Assembly (NCBI GenBank): GCA_937967405.1
Contig: CALCJV010000027.1
Location: forward strand, 8,527-72,526
Source: an uncultured Chloroflexales bacterium
GTDB taxonomy: Bacteria; Chloroflexota; Chloroflexia; Chloroflexales; Chloroflexaceae
Reading direction: 5' to 3'
DNA: 64,000 nucleotides
Shown: in pieces, positions 55,014 to 64,000 of the stretch
Layout: each line of letters opens with the position of its first letter
How positions within the stretch are numbered: position 1 is the first letter of the stretch
Notes under the pieces: model-generated
The model's database searches: none
What the model was told of the DNA's origin: nothing
Seen by the model: the letters and a program-made list of their open reading frames with translations, nothing else
Made by a program: the position numbers and the translations under genes

Positions 55014-57236
55014 ATGACAGACGATACTGCACCTTTGACAGCTTTCACCTCCGACGCAGAGGAACAGCCTGAACAGCCCGCCACGCCGTTGCCTACCCCT
55101 GAGCCACGCTCGCCGCTGCGCCTACGCACCTACGCGCTGGGCAGTATGCTGCTTGCCCTCGCATTCGGTGTGGCTGGGCAGATGGTGTTTATGGATCGGC
55201 GCGAATTTACATGGACGGGCGTGATCCTGTTCTTCCTCGCAGGCGTAACCTTCGTGCTTGCGGGGCTGCTGCACACCGCCGCCAATGCCGCTCCTGCTGC
55301 CAATGAGCCAACGACACCAGCACAACAGCGCGAACCTTCGCCGTTTGAGCAACGCCTGATCGCCTTTTTCTTGGGCCTGCTTCAGCCGCTCGTAGGGCTT
55401 GCGCTGTGGCGGCAGCTTGCCGTGCTCGGCGCACTGCTGCTCACTGGAGGCCTACTGTACATCCTGCAACGTGAACCGCGCCTCGATGATTACAACTGGA
55501 CCTTCGGGGTGTGGGTGGCAGCGATGGGCTTGTTTGTGATTGCTGTTGCCCCACCGCGCCGCGTGCCCCAGCTCGATGGGGCGGCAGTGCGGGCATTCGT
55601 GCAGCAGCACGGGCCACTGTTGGCGGGCAGCGTGGCGGTGCTCGTGGCGGCACTGGTGCTGCGGGTGTGGAATATTGCCACCATTCCGCAGACACTCGGC
55701 GGCGATGAAGCCGAGCAAGGCTGGGAAGCGATGAAGGTGCTGAGCGGCGAGATCAAGCACCCCTTCATCACTGGCTGGCTCGATGTGCCTACCATGTCGT
55801 TCTACTACACGGCCATCTTCATCGGCACACTCGGCGAGACGATCTTTGCGCTGCGCGTGGGGTGGGCCCTCGTTGGCGTGGCAAGCATTTGCACCACCTT
55901 CCTGCTGGTGCGGCGGCTCTTCGATCTGCGCCTTGCCGCCACCACTGCCGTCCTGCTCACCGTCTACCATTTCCATATCCACTACTCGCGGCTCGGCTCA
56001 ATCCAGATTGCGGATGTGCTGTTTGTCTCGCTCGCTCTGTGGTTCCTCTATCGCGGCTATGACAACCGGAGCTACCGCGATTGGGCGTTGTGTGGGATTA
56101 CGGCGGGCATTGCCCAATACTTCTACGCGGGCGCACGCCTGATTGTGTTGCTAGTGCTTGCCGTTGTGCTGTTCCTTGCCCTGCGCGATATTCTCCAGTA
56201 TGGCTGGAAGGTGCTGCGCGAACGCTACCGCGAAGCCGTTGTGCTCTTTGGGGCGATGCTGATTGCGATGGCTCCCGTGATCCAGTTTGCGATCCGCTTT
56301 CCCAATAACTACAACGCCCGCGTGAATATGGTCGGCATCTTCCAGAATGGTTGGGTTGAGCAGGAGATGGAGCGGCGCGGAGTAGGCCTAGAAGTGCTGC
56401 TGTTTGAACAAGCCCAACGCTCGTTTCTCGCCTTCCATGTCTACCCTGACCGTACCTTCTGGTATGGTGCGCCAGACCCGTTGCTCGATGCGTTCAGCGG
56501 GGTACTCTTTGGAATCGGCTTGATCTACGGGTTGTTTCATGCCTTTGATCGGCGCATGTTCCCGATGGTGGCATGGTGGGGCGGGGCAACTATTCTGGGC
56601 GGTGTATTAACAATGGATCCGCCTTCCTCGATGCGGCTTGTCACCCTCTCTGCGCCAGTGATGTTTTTTGTAGCTCTCGCCCTTGTCAAGATCAGCGAGA
56701 TTCTGCTTGGGCTATTGTCTACTACCGATCCCGCCCGCGGGCAACGTTGGCAGCTGGCCCTGCTGGCCGGTGTCGTGCTGTTTCTCGGCTTGATCAACAT
56801 TCGCTTCTACTTTCAGGAGTACACGCCCCTGCGTATCTATGGCAACTACAATGCTGTCGTTGCCACTGATCTGGGCATGCGGGCCCACACCGAATTCGGA
56901 GCCGATACGCGGATGTACTTCTTCGGGCCACCGCGTATGTACATCGGCTTCGGCACGATCCGCTACCTTGCGCCGGATGTGGAAGGCGTGGATTTCTTTG
57001 ATCCAATCACGAGTGTGGCTGATCTGGATGTGGTGCTGCCTGATAAGCATGCCGCGTTTATCTTTCTGCCGGAGCGGATCAACGAGCTTGCGCTGGTGCA
57101 GGCCCGCTTCCCCAATGGTGAGCTGATAGCGATTCAGTCGCCAGTGCCAAGCCGTTCGAGCGAGCCGCTCTACTTTGTCTATCGGGTGCCGCGTGAACAG
57201 ATCGGCACTGAATTGTTCTCGCATGGGGCTTCCTAA
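55014..57236 (+). CDS. GT39/ArnT-PMT-like membrane glycosyltransferase
   Basis: More than 10 hydrophobic helices. A first-loop acidic motif (GGDEAEQGW) as in PMT/ArnT enzymes. Soluble C-terminal domain. Start uncertain (ATG 55014 has no clear RBS; the ORF is open from 54864). Confidence 0.65.
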   Translation: MTDDTAPLTAFTSDAEEQPEQPATPLPTPEPRSPLRLRTYALGSMLLALAFGVAGQMVFMDRREFTWTGVILFFLAGVTFVLAGLLHTAANAAPAANEPTTPAQQREPSPFEQRLIAFFLGLLQPLVGLALWRQLAVLGALLLTGGLLYILQREPRLDDYNWTFGVWVAAMGLFVIAVAPPRRVPQLDGAAVRAFVQQHGPLLAGSVAVLVAALVLRVWNIATIPQTLGGDEAEQGWEAMKVLSGEIKHPFITGWLDVPTMSFYYTAIFIGTLGETIFALRVGWALVGVASICTTFLLVRRLFDLRLAATTAVLLTVYHFHIHYSRLGSIQIADVLFVSLALWFLYRGYDNRSYRDWALCGITAGIAQYFYAGARLIVLLVLAVVLFLALRDILQYGWKVLRERYREAVVLFGAMLIAMAPVIQFAIRFPNNYNARVNMVGIFQNGWVEQEMERRGVGLEVLLFEQAQRSFLAFHVYPDRTFWYGAPDPLLDAFSGVLFGIGLIYGLFHAFDRRMFPMVAWWGGATILGGVLTMDPPSSMRLVTLSAPVMFFVALALVKISEILLGLLSTTDPARGQRWQLALLAGVVLFLGLINIRFYFQEYTPLRIYGNYNAVVATDLGMRAHTEFGADTRMYFFGPPRMYIGFGTIRYLAPDVEGVDFFDPITSVADLDVVLPDKHAAFIFLPERINELALVQARFPNGELIAIQSPVPSRSSEPLYFVYRVPREQIGTELFSHGAS

Positions 57237-57244
57237 GCCTATAT

Positions 57245-58114
57245 ATGCTTTGGCTTCTCCTCGCAACCATTACAGCGTTTGCGGATGCAACCCGTAATGT
57301 GGTGATCAAAGGCAAGCTGAGTACTTTGCCAGCCCAGTTTGTTGCGTGGGTGTGGGTTACGAGCACGCTCCTGTTTCTGCTACCAACGCGCTGGTTCTTG
57401 CCGCCAGTGATGCTCCAGCCCAATCTGTGGAGCTACTGGCTCGCTAGTGTGCTGATCAATACGTTAGCAATCCTGCTCTATACATTGGCGATCCAGATGT
57501 CTGATCTTTCGCTGACGATGCCGATGATCGCCTTCTCGCCCTTGTTTATGTTGCTCACCTCGCCGCTCATGCTGGGCGAGTTCCCCTCGCTGATCGGAGT
57601 GATCGGGGTGTTGCTCGTTGTGATCGGCGCATATCTGCTCAACCTGCACGAGCGCAGCAACGGCTACCTCGCGCCCTATCGCGCCCTGTTGCGTGAGCCG
57701 GGCCCACGCCTCATGCTCGGGGTGGCGGTGCTGTGGAGCATCTCGGCCAACCTCGATAAGCTCGGTGTGCAGGCCAGCTCACCGGTTATGTGGATCATCT
57801 TGGTCAATCTGGGCTTGTCGCTCACGTTCGTTCCGTTGATGCTGCGCCAGACCCGCCAGCTACGCCAGCTGCGCGTAGCATCGGGCATGGTCGTTGCCCT
57901 GCTGGCAATCGGACTGCTGGATGCGCTCGCACTCCTCACGCAGATGTATGCGTTGACGCTAACGCTGGTGGCGTATGTGATTTCAGTCAAGCGTACTGGG
58001 ATCATCATCAGTGTGGTGCTAGGGGCGGTGCTGTTCAAGGAGCCGGGTTTTCGTGAGCGGCTGACGGGTACATTGGTGATGCTGACGGGGGTGCTGTGCA
58101 TTGCCTTTGCATAG
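57245..58114 (+). CDS. DMT-superfamily (EamA-like) transporter
   Basis: 289 aa, about 9-10 hydrophobic helices in two halves. Starts 8 nt after the glycosyltransferase stop. Confidence 0.7.
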   Translation: MLWLLLATITAFADATRNVVIKGKLSTLPAQFVAWVWVTSTLLFLLPTRWFLPPVMLQPNLWSYWLASVLINTLAILLYTLAIQMSDLSLTMPMIAFSPLFMLLTSPLMLGEFPSLIGVIGVLLVVIGAYLLNLHERSNGYLAPYRALLREPGPRLMLGVAVLWSISANLDKLGVQASSPVMWIILVNLGLSLTFVPLMLRQTRQLRQLRVASGMVVALLAIGLLDALALLTQMYALTLTLVAYVISVKRTGIIISVVLGAVLFKEPGFRERLTGTLVMLTGVLCIAFA

Positions 58115-58292
58115 GGGGCTATGTATCCACACAGCTAGTATATCCTCACGATTTTTTCATCCCATCCGGCTCCCAAATATGGTACGCTACGTACTCAAGA
58201 TAGCAAAAAAAATGCTATACTGCATGACATTGGCGGGCTGCCCCACCACATCCATGCAGCCGCTCATAGTGCGATAGAATCAGGAGCAGTGC

Positions 58293-59576
58293 ATGAACGC
58301 GCTCAAGCGTGTCTTTCTAGATTTTTTTAGCGTGCGGGTTCCGCTTTGGCTGATCGCCCCCGTGCTTGGGATGACGCTCGTCTTTGGCATGGGTGGTGGC
58401 TACGTGGGGGCGCGGCAGATTAATCCCTCGACTGAATGCCCTGAAAGCCCCGAAGTGTGTGACGCATTTGGGGTATTTTGGCAGGCATGGAATATCGCTA
58501 GTCAGCATTTCGTTGATCCTGAAGCAGTTGATCCGCAACGGATGACCGAAGGCGCAATCATTGGGATGCTCGATAGCCTCGGTGATCAGGGGCATACGCG
58601 CTTCCTCTCTGCCGAAGAAACTGCCCGCTGGACGGAATCGCTGTCGGGTTCATTTGAGGGGATTGGCGCATACATTGATGTGCGTGAGGGACAGACGGTG
58701 ATCGTCGCTCCGATTGAAGGCTCACCCGCCGAAGCAGCGGGCATTCGCCCCAACGATATTATTCTGGCCGTAGACGGCGTGTCTACCGAAGGCTGGACCG
58801 TCGAGACGCTAGTAACAAATGTACGTGGCCCACGCGGCTCGCAGGTAGTCCTGACGGTGCTCCATCGCGGTGAGACAACACCGGTTGACATAACCATTAC
58901 CCGTGATCGGGTACAAGTGCCGAGTGTCACATGGGCAATGCTGCCCGATGATATTGCCTTGGTGCGGCTCGCATCCTTCTCGCAGCGCTCAGCAAATGAA
59001 CTGGAAGCCGCTTTGACCGAAGCCCAGCAAGCGGGGGCACGCGGCTTGATCTTCGATCTGCGCGACAATCCGGGCGGCTTGGTGAATGAAGCTCTCGGCG
59101 TTGCCAGCCAGTTCTTGCCAGAAGGCTCGGTAGTGCTGCAAGAGGAGTACCGCGATGGCAGCCGCAAGGCATCACGCACCAACCGCACCGGCGTTGCCCA
59201 AGATATTCCAATGGTGGTGCTGATCAATGCGAACACAGCCAGTTCATCCGAGATTGTATCGGGCGCACTGCAAGAGGCGAAGCGGGCGACGTTGGTGGGG
59301 CTACCGACGGTGGGCACAGGCACGGTGCTGTCTACCTTTGCACTGGAAGATGGCAGCCAACTGCTGCTGGGGACATCGCAGTGGCTTACCCCACAGGGGC
59401 GGTTAATCCGCAAGCAGGGGATCACCCCCGATGTCGAGGTAGGGCTAGCGTTAGATGCACAGGTGATTACGCCCTCAGTTGTGGGCGAACTTGACCCCAA
59501 TGAGCTGATAGAGCGGGGTGACGCGCAGGTACTTGAAGCCCACCGTATCTTGACCGGCAACAGTGCCTCGCAGTAA
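58293..59576 (+). CDS. S41 family C-terminal processing peptidase with PDZ domain
   Basis: AGGAG RBS. N-terminal TM anchor. PDZ (GSPAEAAGIRPNDIILAVDG). GLIFDLRDNPGG. Nucleophile region NANTASSSEIVSGAL. Confidence 0.9.
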   Translation: MNALKRVFLDFFSVRVPLWLIAPVLGMTLVFGMGGGYVGARQINPSTECPESPEVCDAFGVFWQAWNIASQHFVDPEAVDPQRMTEGAIIGMLDSLGDQGHTRFLSAEETARWTESLSGSFEGIGAYIDVREGQTVIVAPIEGSPAEAAGIRPNDIILAVDGVSTEGWTVETLVTNVRGPRGSQVVLTVLHRGETTPVDITITRDRVQVPSVTWAMLPDDIALVRLASFSQRSANELEAALTEAQQAGARGLIFDLRDNPGGLVNEALGVASQFLPEGSVVLQEEYRDGSRKASRTNRTGVAQDIPMVVLINANTASSSEIVSGALQEAKRATLVGLPTVGTGTVLSTFALEDGSQLLLGTSQWLTPQGRLIRKQGITPDVEVGLALDAQVITPSVVGELDPNELIERGDAQVLEAHRILTGNSASQ

Positions 59577-59601
59577 CTTCGTACCATTGATATTTTATGC
59601 C

Positions 59602-59630
59602 TTGACGAAACTGAAGCGGCATGGTAGGCT
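59602..59630 (+). promoter_or_regulatory. sigma70-like promoter with extended -10, upstream of the Rrf2 gene
   Basis: TTGACG (59602-59607), 17-nt spacer ending in TGG, TAGGCT (59625-59630). Confidence 0.45.
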
Positions 59631-59660
59631 TAGGCTAGCGTTTAGCATTAGACGAGCGAC

Positions 59661-60104
59661 ATGATGCGAATTTCTAGCAAAAGCGAATATGGCGTGCGGG
59701 CTCTCTTTGATCTCGCGCAGCACTATGGGCAAGGCCCGGTGCAGAGCGAAGAGATCGCCACGCGGCAAGGCATCCCGCCCAACTACCTCAACCAAATGCT
59801 GATCTCGCTGCGGCGGGCAGGCTTAATCGAGAGCCAGCGTGGGCCGCAGGGTGGGCACATGCTTTCCCGTGCGCCAGAGCAGATTACGCTCTACGATATA
59901 GTCTTGGTGTTAGAAGGGCCGCTCGCCCGCTACGAAGCTGGGCGCGAAGACCTAACACCGACCAACCCTGAAGACGGCGAGTATGTGCATGCCGTCTGGG
60001 AAGCCCTCCGCAACGCGATTGAAACGACGTTGCAACAGATTACCCTCGAAGACCTGTGCCAACGCAAACGGCAGCGCACAGGCTTTAACATGTACTACAT
60101 CTAG
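59661..60104 (+). CDS. Rrf2-family transcriptional regulator
   Basis: MRISSKSEYGVRALFDLA.., wHTH ..IATRQGIPPNYLNQMLISLRRAGLIESQRGPQGG... No C-terminal three-Cys cluster is visible. Confidence 0.9.
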   Translation: MMRISSKSEYGVRALFDLAQHYGQGPVQSEEIATRQGIPPNYLNQMLISLRRAGLIESQRGPQGGHMLSRAPEQITLYDIVLVLEGPLARYEAGREDLTPTNPEDGEYVHAVWEALRNAIETTLQQITLEDLCQRKRQRTGFNMYYI

Positions 60105-60219
60105 CGGACGGACACGCGGCATTCCGCAGCTCTCTTACGCTGACTGTAGGGCCCAACACTGACGTTGCGTGGATCAGCGCGATGCCTGCGCTCGGTAATT
60201 GTTTTCATCCAAACTATCA

Positions 60220-60235
60220 TGTAATCTAGATTACA
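60220..60235. promoter_or_regulatory. perfect 16-bp palindrome TGTAATCTAGATTACA (candidate operator)
   Basis: Self-complementary over all 16 nt. Lies between the Rrf2 gene and the polyprenyl synthase gene, about 65 nt upstream of a TATAAT at 60300-60305. Confidence 0.5.
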
Positions 60236-60346
60236 GACAAACTGGCGGAAATTGTGCAAAGTATGAACAAGCTATGTGCATCGTGCTGCAAATGCCCTAT
60301 ATAATGCAAGCCCTGCGTACATAGCCACCATTGGAAAGGTTGTACC

Positions 60347-61417
60347 GTGTCCCACTCCGAAACGGCATTACTACCATTTGGAACCTCTCCCGTAGCACCT
60401 GATACGGACGTATATCCCCGCGTGCAAGCTGATCCTGCACGCGCCACCTCTGCGCGAGAAGCCCTTGCTAAAGCGGGCATTGTCCATGATCTGCAAGCCC
60501 TTGAAGAGCTGCTCCTGACCCGTACTGTCTCGCACTCAGACTATATCACTCGCGCTGGGGCGCATACGGTGCAAGCCGGTGGCAAACGCTTGCGGGCCGC
60601 ATTGGCGATTCTGGCGGCCCGGCTTGGTACGTATCGCTTTGAGCAGACCGCGCATGCGGCGGCGGCGGTGGAGTTGATCCACGCCGCATCGCTGGTGCAT
60701 GATGATCTCATAGACCACACCCTGCGGCGGCGTGGGCAAGTCACGGTGCATACGCTGTGGGATAACGATGTCGCCTTGATGGTGGGCGATTACTTCTTCG
60801 CCCTCGCTTCGGCAGAAATGGCCCTCTGCCCCGATCCGCGTATCATCACCTACTTCGCGCAGGCCGTCCAGACGATTGTAGAAGGTGAGTTGCATCCCGT
60901 CACCGATGTCAGTCCGTTTGCGGTGGCTATGCAGCAATACTTGTACAAGACCGGCGCAAAGACTGCGGCCCTCTTCGAGGCGGGTTGCAAGGCGGGTATG
61001 GCAACTGGCGGCGGCTCTGAAGCTGAGATTGAGGCGTTGGGGCAATATGGCTATGAGCTGGGTATGGCCTTCCAGATCGTGGATGACATTCTTGACTATA
61101 CGGGCAATGAGCAGATGCTGGGCAAGCCGGCGGGCAACGATCTGCGCGAGGGAACCATCACGCTGCCGCTGATCTATGCGATCCAGCAGGCGGATAGCCC
61201 ATTCCTCCGCGACATGATCGGCGCAAGCGATGCCTCCCCTGAGCAGCTGCAATGCGCTCTGCACCTGATCGAACAGTCGGGCGGGATTGCGCTGGCCCGC
61301 CGCGACGCAGAGCAGTACATCGCACAGGCAATAGCTCGGCTAGATCGGTTTGCGCCGTCGCCGGCCCGCACCGCCCTGATCGAATTGGCGGAGTTTGTGT
61401 TGGAGCGTCAAGCCTGA
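60347..61417 (+). CDS. trans-polyprenyl diphosphate synthase (medium/long chain)
   Basis: GTG 60347 after GGAAAGG. First Asp-rich motif LVHDDLIDH. Second, FQIVDDILDY. The GKPAGNDLREG motif. Confidence 0.9.
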   Translation: MSHSETALLPFGTSPVAPDTDVYPRVQADPARATSAREALAKAGIVHDLQALEELLLTRTVSHSDYITRAGAHTVQAGGKRLRAALAILAARLGTYRFEQTAHAAAAVELIHAASLVHDDLIDHTLRRRGQVTVHTLWDNDVALMVGDYFFALASAEMALCPDPRIITYFAQAVQTIVEGELHPVTDVSPFAVAMQQYLYKTGAKTAALFEAGCKAGMATGGGSEAEIEALGQYGYELGMAFQIVDDILDYTGNEQMLGKPAGNDLREGTITLPLIYAIQQADSPFLRDMIGASDASPEQLQCALHLIEQSGGIALARRDAEQYIAQAIARLDRFAPSPARTALIELAEFVLERQA

Positions 61418-61513
61418 TGTCTGCCCCTCATCGGGCGTGGGTTGGCATGCTAGCGCATGTGGCGTGTTGGTGAAATTCAGAAATGGTTGAGAACCCTAGA
61501 TTTGAGGATGAAG

Positions 61514-62239
61514 ATGCAATTGCAAAATACGGTAGCCGTGATTGTTGGTGGTGGGCGCGGGCTTGGGCGAGCAATTGCGCTCGGCTTTGCGGAGCAGGGT
61601 GCGACGGTGGTGGTTGCTGCACGTAGCACCGACGAGATTGCCGAAACCGTCTGGTTGATCGAAGAACACGGCAAGCAGGCATTTGCTGTTCCCACTGATG
61701 TGCGCGACAGCCAGCGAGTGGATGCGCTCGTGCAAGAGACACTGCGCGTGGCAGGTGTGCCGCAGGTGCTTGTCAATAGCGCGGGGATTGGGCGGCGTGC
61801 GCCCCTGCTTGAAACTTCTGAGGCAATGTGGGACGAGTTGCATAGCACGCTGCTGCGCGGCACCTTCCTTGTGACCCGCGCCTTCCTGCCCCATTTCATT
61901 GAGCAGAAGCGCGGCAATATTATCAACATCGGCGCACCCGTTGAGAAACTCGCCATCCCCGGCTTTTCGGCCTACAGTGCGGCCAAGCACGGCGTGCATG
62001 GGCTATCCGCAGCATGGGCGAAAGAACTCCGGCGCTACAGCATCAACGTGAATGTTGTGCATCCGGGCGGCTTTGCCAACACGCGCCTGATGCGTGAAGC
62101 CGCCCCCGAAGTTAACAAAGGCTTGCTTGAGCCAGATGCTGTCGTTGAAGCAGCAATCTACCTTGCCAGCCAGCCACCACGAGGCCTCACTGGCGAGATT
62201 ATTGATACTTCCGTCTGGCACGTGCCAGTTGCATCCTAG
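61514..62239 (+). CDS. SDR-family oxidoreductase
   Basis: VIVGGGRGLGRAIALGF (Gly-rich NAD(P) motif), NSAG, catalytic YSAAK. ATG 61514 after GAGGA. Confidence 0.85.
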   Translation: MQLQNTVAVIVGGGRGLGRAIALGFAEQGATVVVAARSTDEIAETVWLIEEHGKQAFAVPTDVRDSQRVDALVQETLRVAGVPQVLVNSAGIGRRAPLLETSEAMWDELHSTLLRGTFLVTRAFLPHFIEQKRGNIINIGAPVEKLAIPGFSAYSAAKHGVHGLSAAWAKELRRYSINVNVVHPGGFANTRLMREAAPEVNKGLLEPDAVVEAAIYLASQPPRGLTGEIIDTSVWHVPVAS

Positions 62240-62312
62240 ATCATTGCAAGCGCAACCAAGACGTAGCGAAAAAGTTGTATTGAAAATGGTATAGTCAAGC
62301 AGGAGTATTGCT

Positions 62313-63314
62313 ATGTGGGACGCAAATGCTGAGATAGATGAGCAAGAGGTGGTGGTTGAGCTAGTCGAAGAGGAAGAAATAGATACGCGCCCTATCGGGA
62401 GCGAATTGATGGAAGACTCGGTGCAGCTCTATCTGCACGAGATTGGGCAAGTGGCCCTGCTAACAGCTGAACAGGAGATAGACCTCGCAAAAAAGATTGC
62501 TCGCGGTCTGGAAGCCAAAGCGCAGCTTGAGAAAGGCTCCTTTGAGTCGTGGAAAGATCGCCTACCGTATGAGCGTGACATCGCCATTGCCGACGAAGCC
62601 CGCCGCCAACTGATCCAAGCCAACCTGCGTCTTGTGGTCAGTGTTGCTAAGAAATACATCGGCAGCTCCATGTCGTTTATGGATCTGGTGCAAGAGGGCA
62701 ACATTGGGTTGATGCGAGCTGTCGAGAAGTTTGATTACAAACGCGGTAACCGCTTCTCGACGTATGCGACGTGGTGGATCCGCCAAGCGGTGACGCGAGC
62801 GATTGCCGAGCAGAGCCGCCTGATCCGCCTGCCTGTACATCTCAGCGAGTCGATCACGCACCTGCGCCGAGCGATCTATAAGCTGGAGCAATCGCTTGAA
62901 CGTGAGCCTACCCCCGAAGAGATTGCCCAGTCGCTCGGCATGAGCCTGCGAAAGGTGCGGCGTTTGCTGCAAGCGGCCGCCCAGCCTGTTTCGCTCGAGC
63001 AGCCGCTCAACAATGACCGCGAAGGGCGGATCGGGGAACTGCTGGCCGATGAGACCCAAGAGTCGCCGATGGAGATTGCCGCCCAACGCATGCTGCAAGC
63101 TGAGCTGGCCCAAGCCCTGAGTGAGCTACCTGAACGCGAGCGCAAAGTGTTGCTGCTACGCTACGGGCTAGCTGATGGGCAACGACGCACGCTCGAAGAA
63201 GTCGGGGTGGCGTTTGGGATCACCCGCGAACGGACACGCCAGATTGAGGCAGAAGCCCTCCGCCGTCTGCGTGATCCGCAGGTCGGGCAACGCTTGCAAG
63301 GCTACCTCGAATAG
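62313..63314 (+). CDS. rpoD: RNA polymerase sigma-70 family factor (group 1/2, RpoD-like)
   Basis: Region 1.2 ([11 protein letters not shown]), region 2 ([40 protein letters not shown]), region 3, and region 4.2 ([20 protein letters not shown]). Confidence 0.92.
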   Translation: MWDANAEIDEQEVVVELVEEEEIDTRPIGSELMEDSVQLYLHEIGQVALLTAEQEIDLAKKIARGLEAKAQLEKGSFESWKDRLPYERDIAIADEARRQLIQANLRLVVSVAKKYIGSSMSFMDLVQEGNIGLMRAVEKFDYKRGNRFSTYATWWIRQAVTRAIAEQSRLIRLPVHLSESITHLRRAIYKLEQSLEREPTPEEIAQSLGMSLRKVRRLLQAAAQPVSLEQPLNNDREGRIGELLADETQESPMEIAAQRMLQAELAQALSELPERERKVLLLRYGLADGQRRTLEEVGVAFGITRERTRQIEAEALRRLRDPQVGQRLQGYLE

Positions 63315-63362
63315 GATTGGTGGCAACGCTCACGATCCTTACCCGGCATTGATTGACATAAC

Positions 63363-63413
63363 AAAAGCGGCACGCAACGTTCCCTATACATTCCCTATGC
63401 GCGTGCCGCTTTT
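63363..63413. terminator. bidirectional terminator-like hairpin between convergent genes
   Basis: AAAAGCGGCACGC (63363-63375) pairs with GCGTGCCGCTTTT (63401-63413), with A/T runs on both sides. The 25-nt loop holds two TTCCCTAT copies 11 nt apart. Confidence 0.5.
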
Positions 63414-63469
63414 AGGCGCAAGTACGCTGGGGAGCAGGTGTGACGGGTTAGTCAGGCAATCCACACAGA

Positions 63470-64000
63470 TTACTCGTCCTCATCATCCAATTCGTAGAGC
63501 AGATCAAGCAGGGCTTCGGCCCGTTCTTCGAGGGCTTCTTGCCCACCACGCTTGAGCGCATCCTCCACTGCGGCAATGGCCGCCTGCAAATCGGCAGAGG
63601 CTATGCCACTGGTCTGTTGCAGGGTGCGGTGGGCCCGGCGCAGAATGCTGTCCAGTTCATTGCTATGAGCGGTAACGTGTTCGTAGTCGCCCTCGATCAA
63701 GGCGGTATCGGAGCCTGCGTTGGCATCACCAAGCAACCCACCGAAGATGCCGTGCTCCCACTCGCCGAGTAATTCTGGATCAGCTCGATCAAGCTGCTCT
63801 AGCTCGTCGCGGCGGGCCCGGAGTTCGGCGGCGGAGCGGTGGGCCCGGGCGGCCTTGACCGTCATGCTGGCCTGTTTGCCACTGCCCCGATCCACTGCCG
63901 ACACACGCACGATGCCATTGATGTCGAAATCAAACTGGACCATCACCCGTGGCGGCTGGCCCGGTGTTTCGGAGCGCAAATCCTCAAACATAAACTCTCC
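63470..64000 (-). CDS. Hsp70/DnaK-family protein, C-terminal part only (5' end beyond the window)
   Basis: ..VMVQFDFDINGIVRVSAVDRGSGKQASMTV.. matches the end of the Hsp70 substrate-binding beta-domain, followed by a helical lid and an acidic tail (YELDDEDE). The frame is open to nt 64000. Confidence 0.7.
   Translation of the reverse strand, partial: GEFMFEDLRSETPGQPPRVMVQFDFDINGIVRVSAVDRGSGKQASMTVKAARAHRSAAELRARRDELEQLDRADPELLGEWEHGIFGGLLGDANAGSDTALIEGDYEHVTAHSNELDSILRRAHRTLQQTSGIASADLQAAIAAVEDALKRGGQEALEERAEALLDLLYELDDEDE

Noticed and set aside
58586-59587. 333-aa ORF on the minus strand
   Set aside because: It is antisense to the S41 peptidase gene. The product is Ser/Thr/Pro/Ala-rich and low in complexity.

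Overview
High-GC (about 60%) chromosomal segment. Its gene content points to a filamentous anoxygenic phototroph of the Chloroflexota (Chloroflexales-like). It carries adjacent genes for the two signature fusion enzymes of the 3-hydroxypropionate bi-cycle: bifunctional malonyl-CoA reductase (25583-29350) and trifunctional propionyl-CoA synthase (29483-34981). It also carries Mg-chelatase subunit BchD (35822-37684). I support about 45 CDS and two divergent tRNAs (Arg-CCG, Lys-UUU). I found no rRNA, no CRISPR array and no transposase or integrase. Ordinary content: argS, pckA, sppA, an RpoD-like sigma factor, polyprenyl synthase, S41 protease, Ser/Thr kinase, ABC exporter, two DMT transporters, HAD and SDR enzymes, a truncated haemoglobin, a GalT-family enzyme, a GT39-like glycosyltransferase and a partial Hsp70. 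Unusual content: (i) A co-directional gene string at 2.3-12.8 kb. Its core is a NACHT NTPase fused to a cysteine-less FGE/SUMF1 fold, translationally coupled to a CHAT caspase-like protease and a 2-TM peptide. A signal-less PGRP-type amidase, an orphan MraZ-like protein and an unknown protein follow. This is my best candidate for an uncharacterised NLR-like conflict or suicide-lysis system. (ii) A second STAND-type protein (Walker A Lys->Arg) with HEAT repeats, coupled to a REC/RodZ-like-HTH/TM response regulator and divergent from an AAA+ ATPase (46.5-53.3 kb). (iii) A low-GC type II R-M islet next to tRNA-Lys that appears to have displaced a resident methyltransferase. (iv) A 9 x 7-nt GGTGNNN tandem array. 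(v) A membrane-anchored GTPase abutting bchD. All functional calls rest on motif recognition by eye; no database search or structure prediction was possible.
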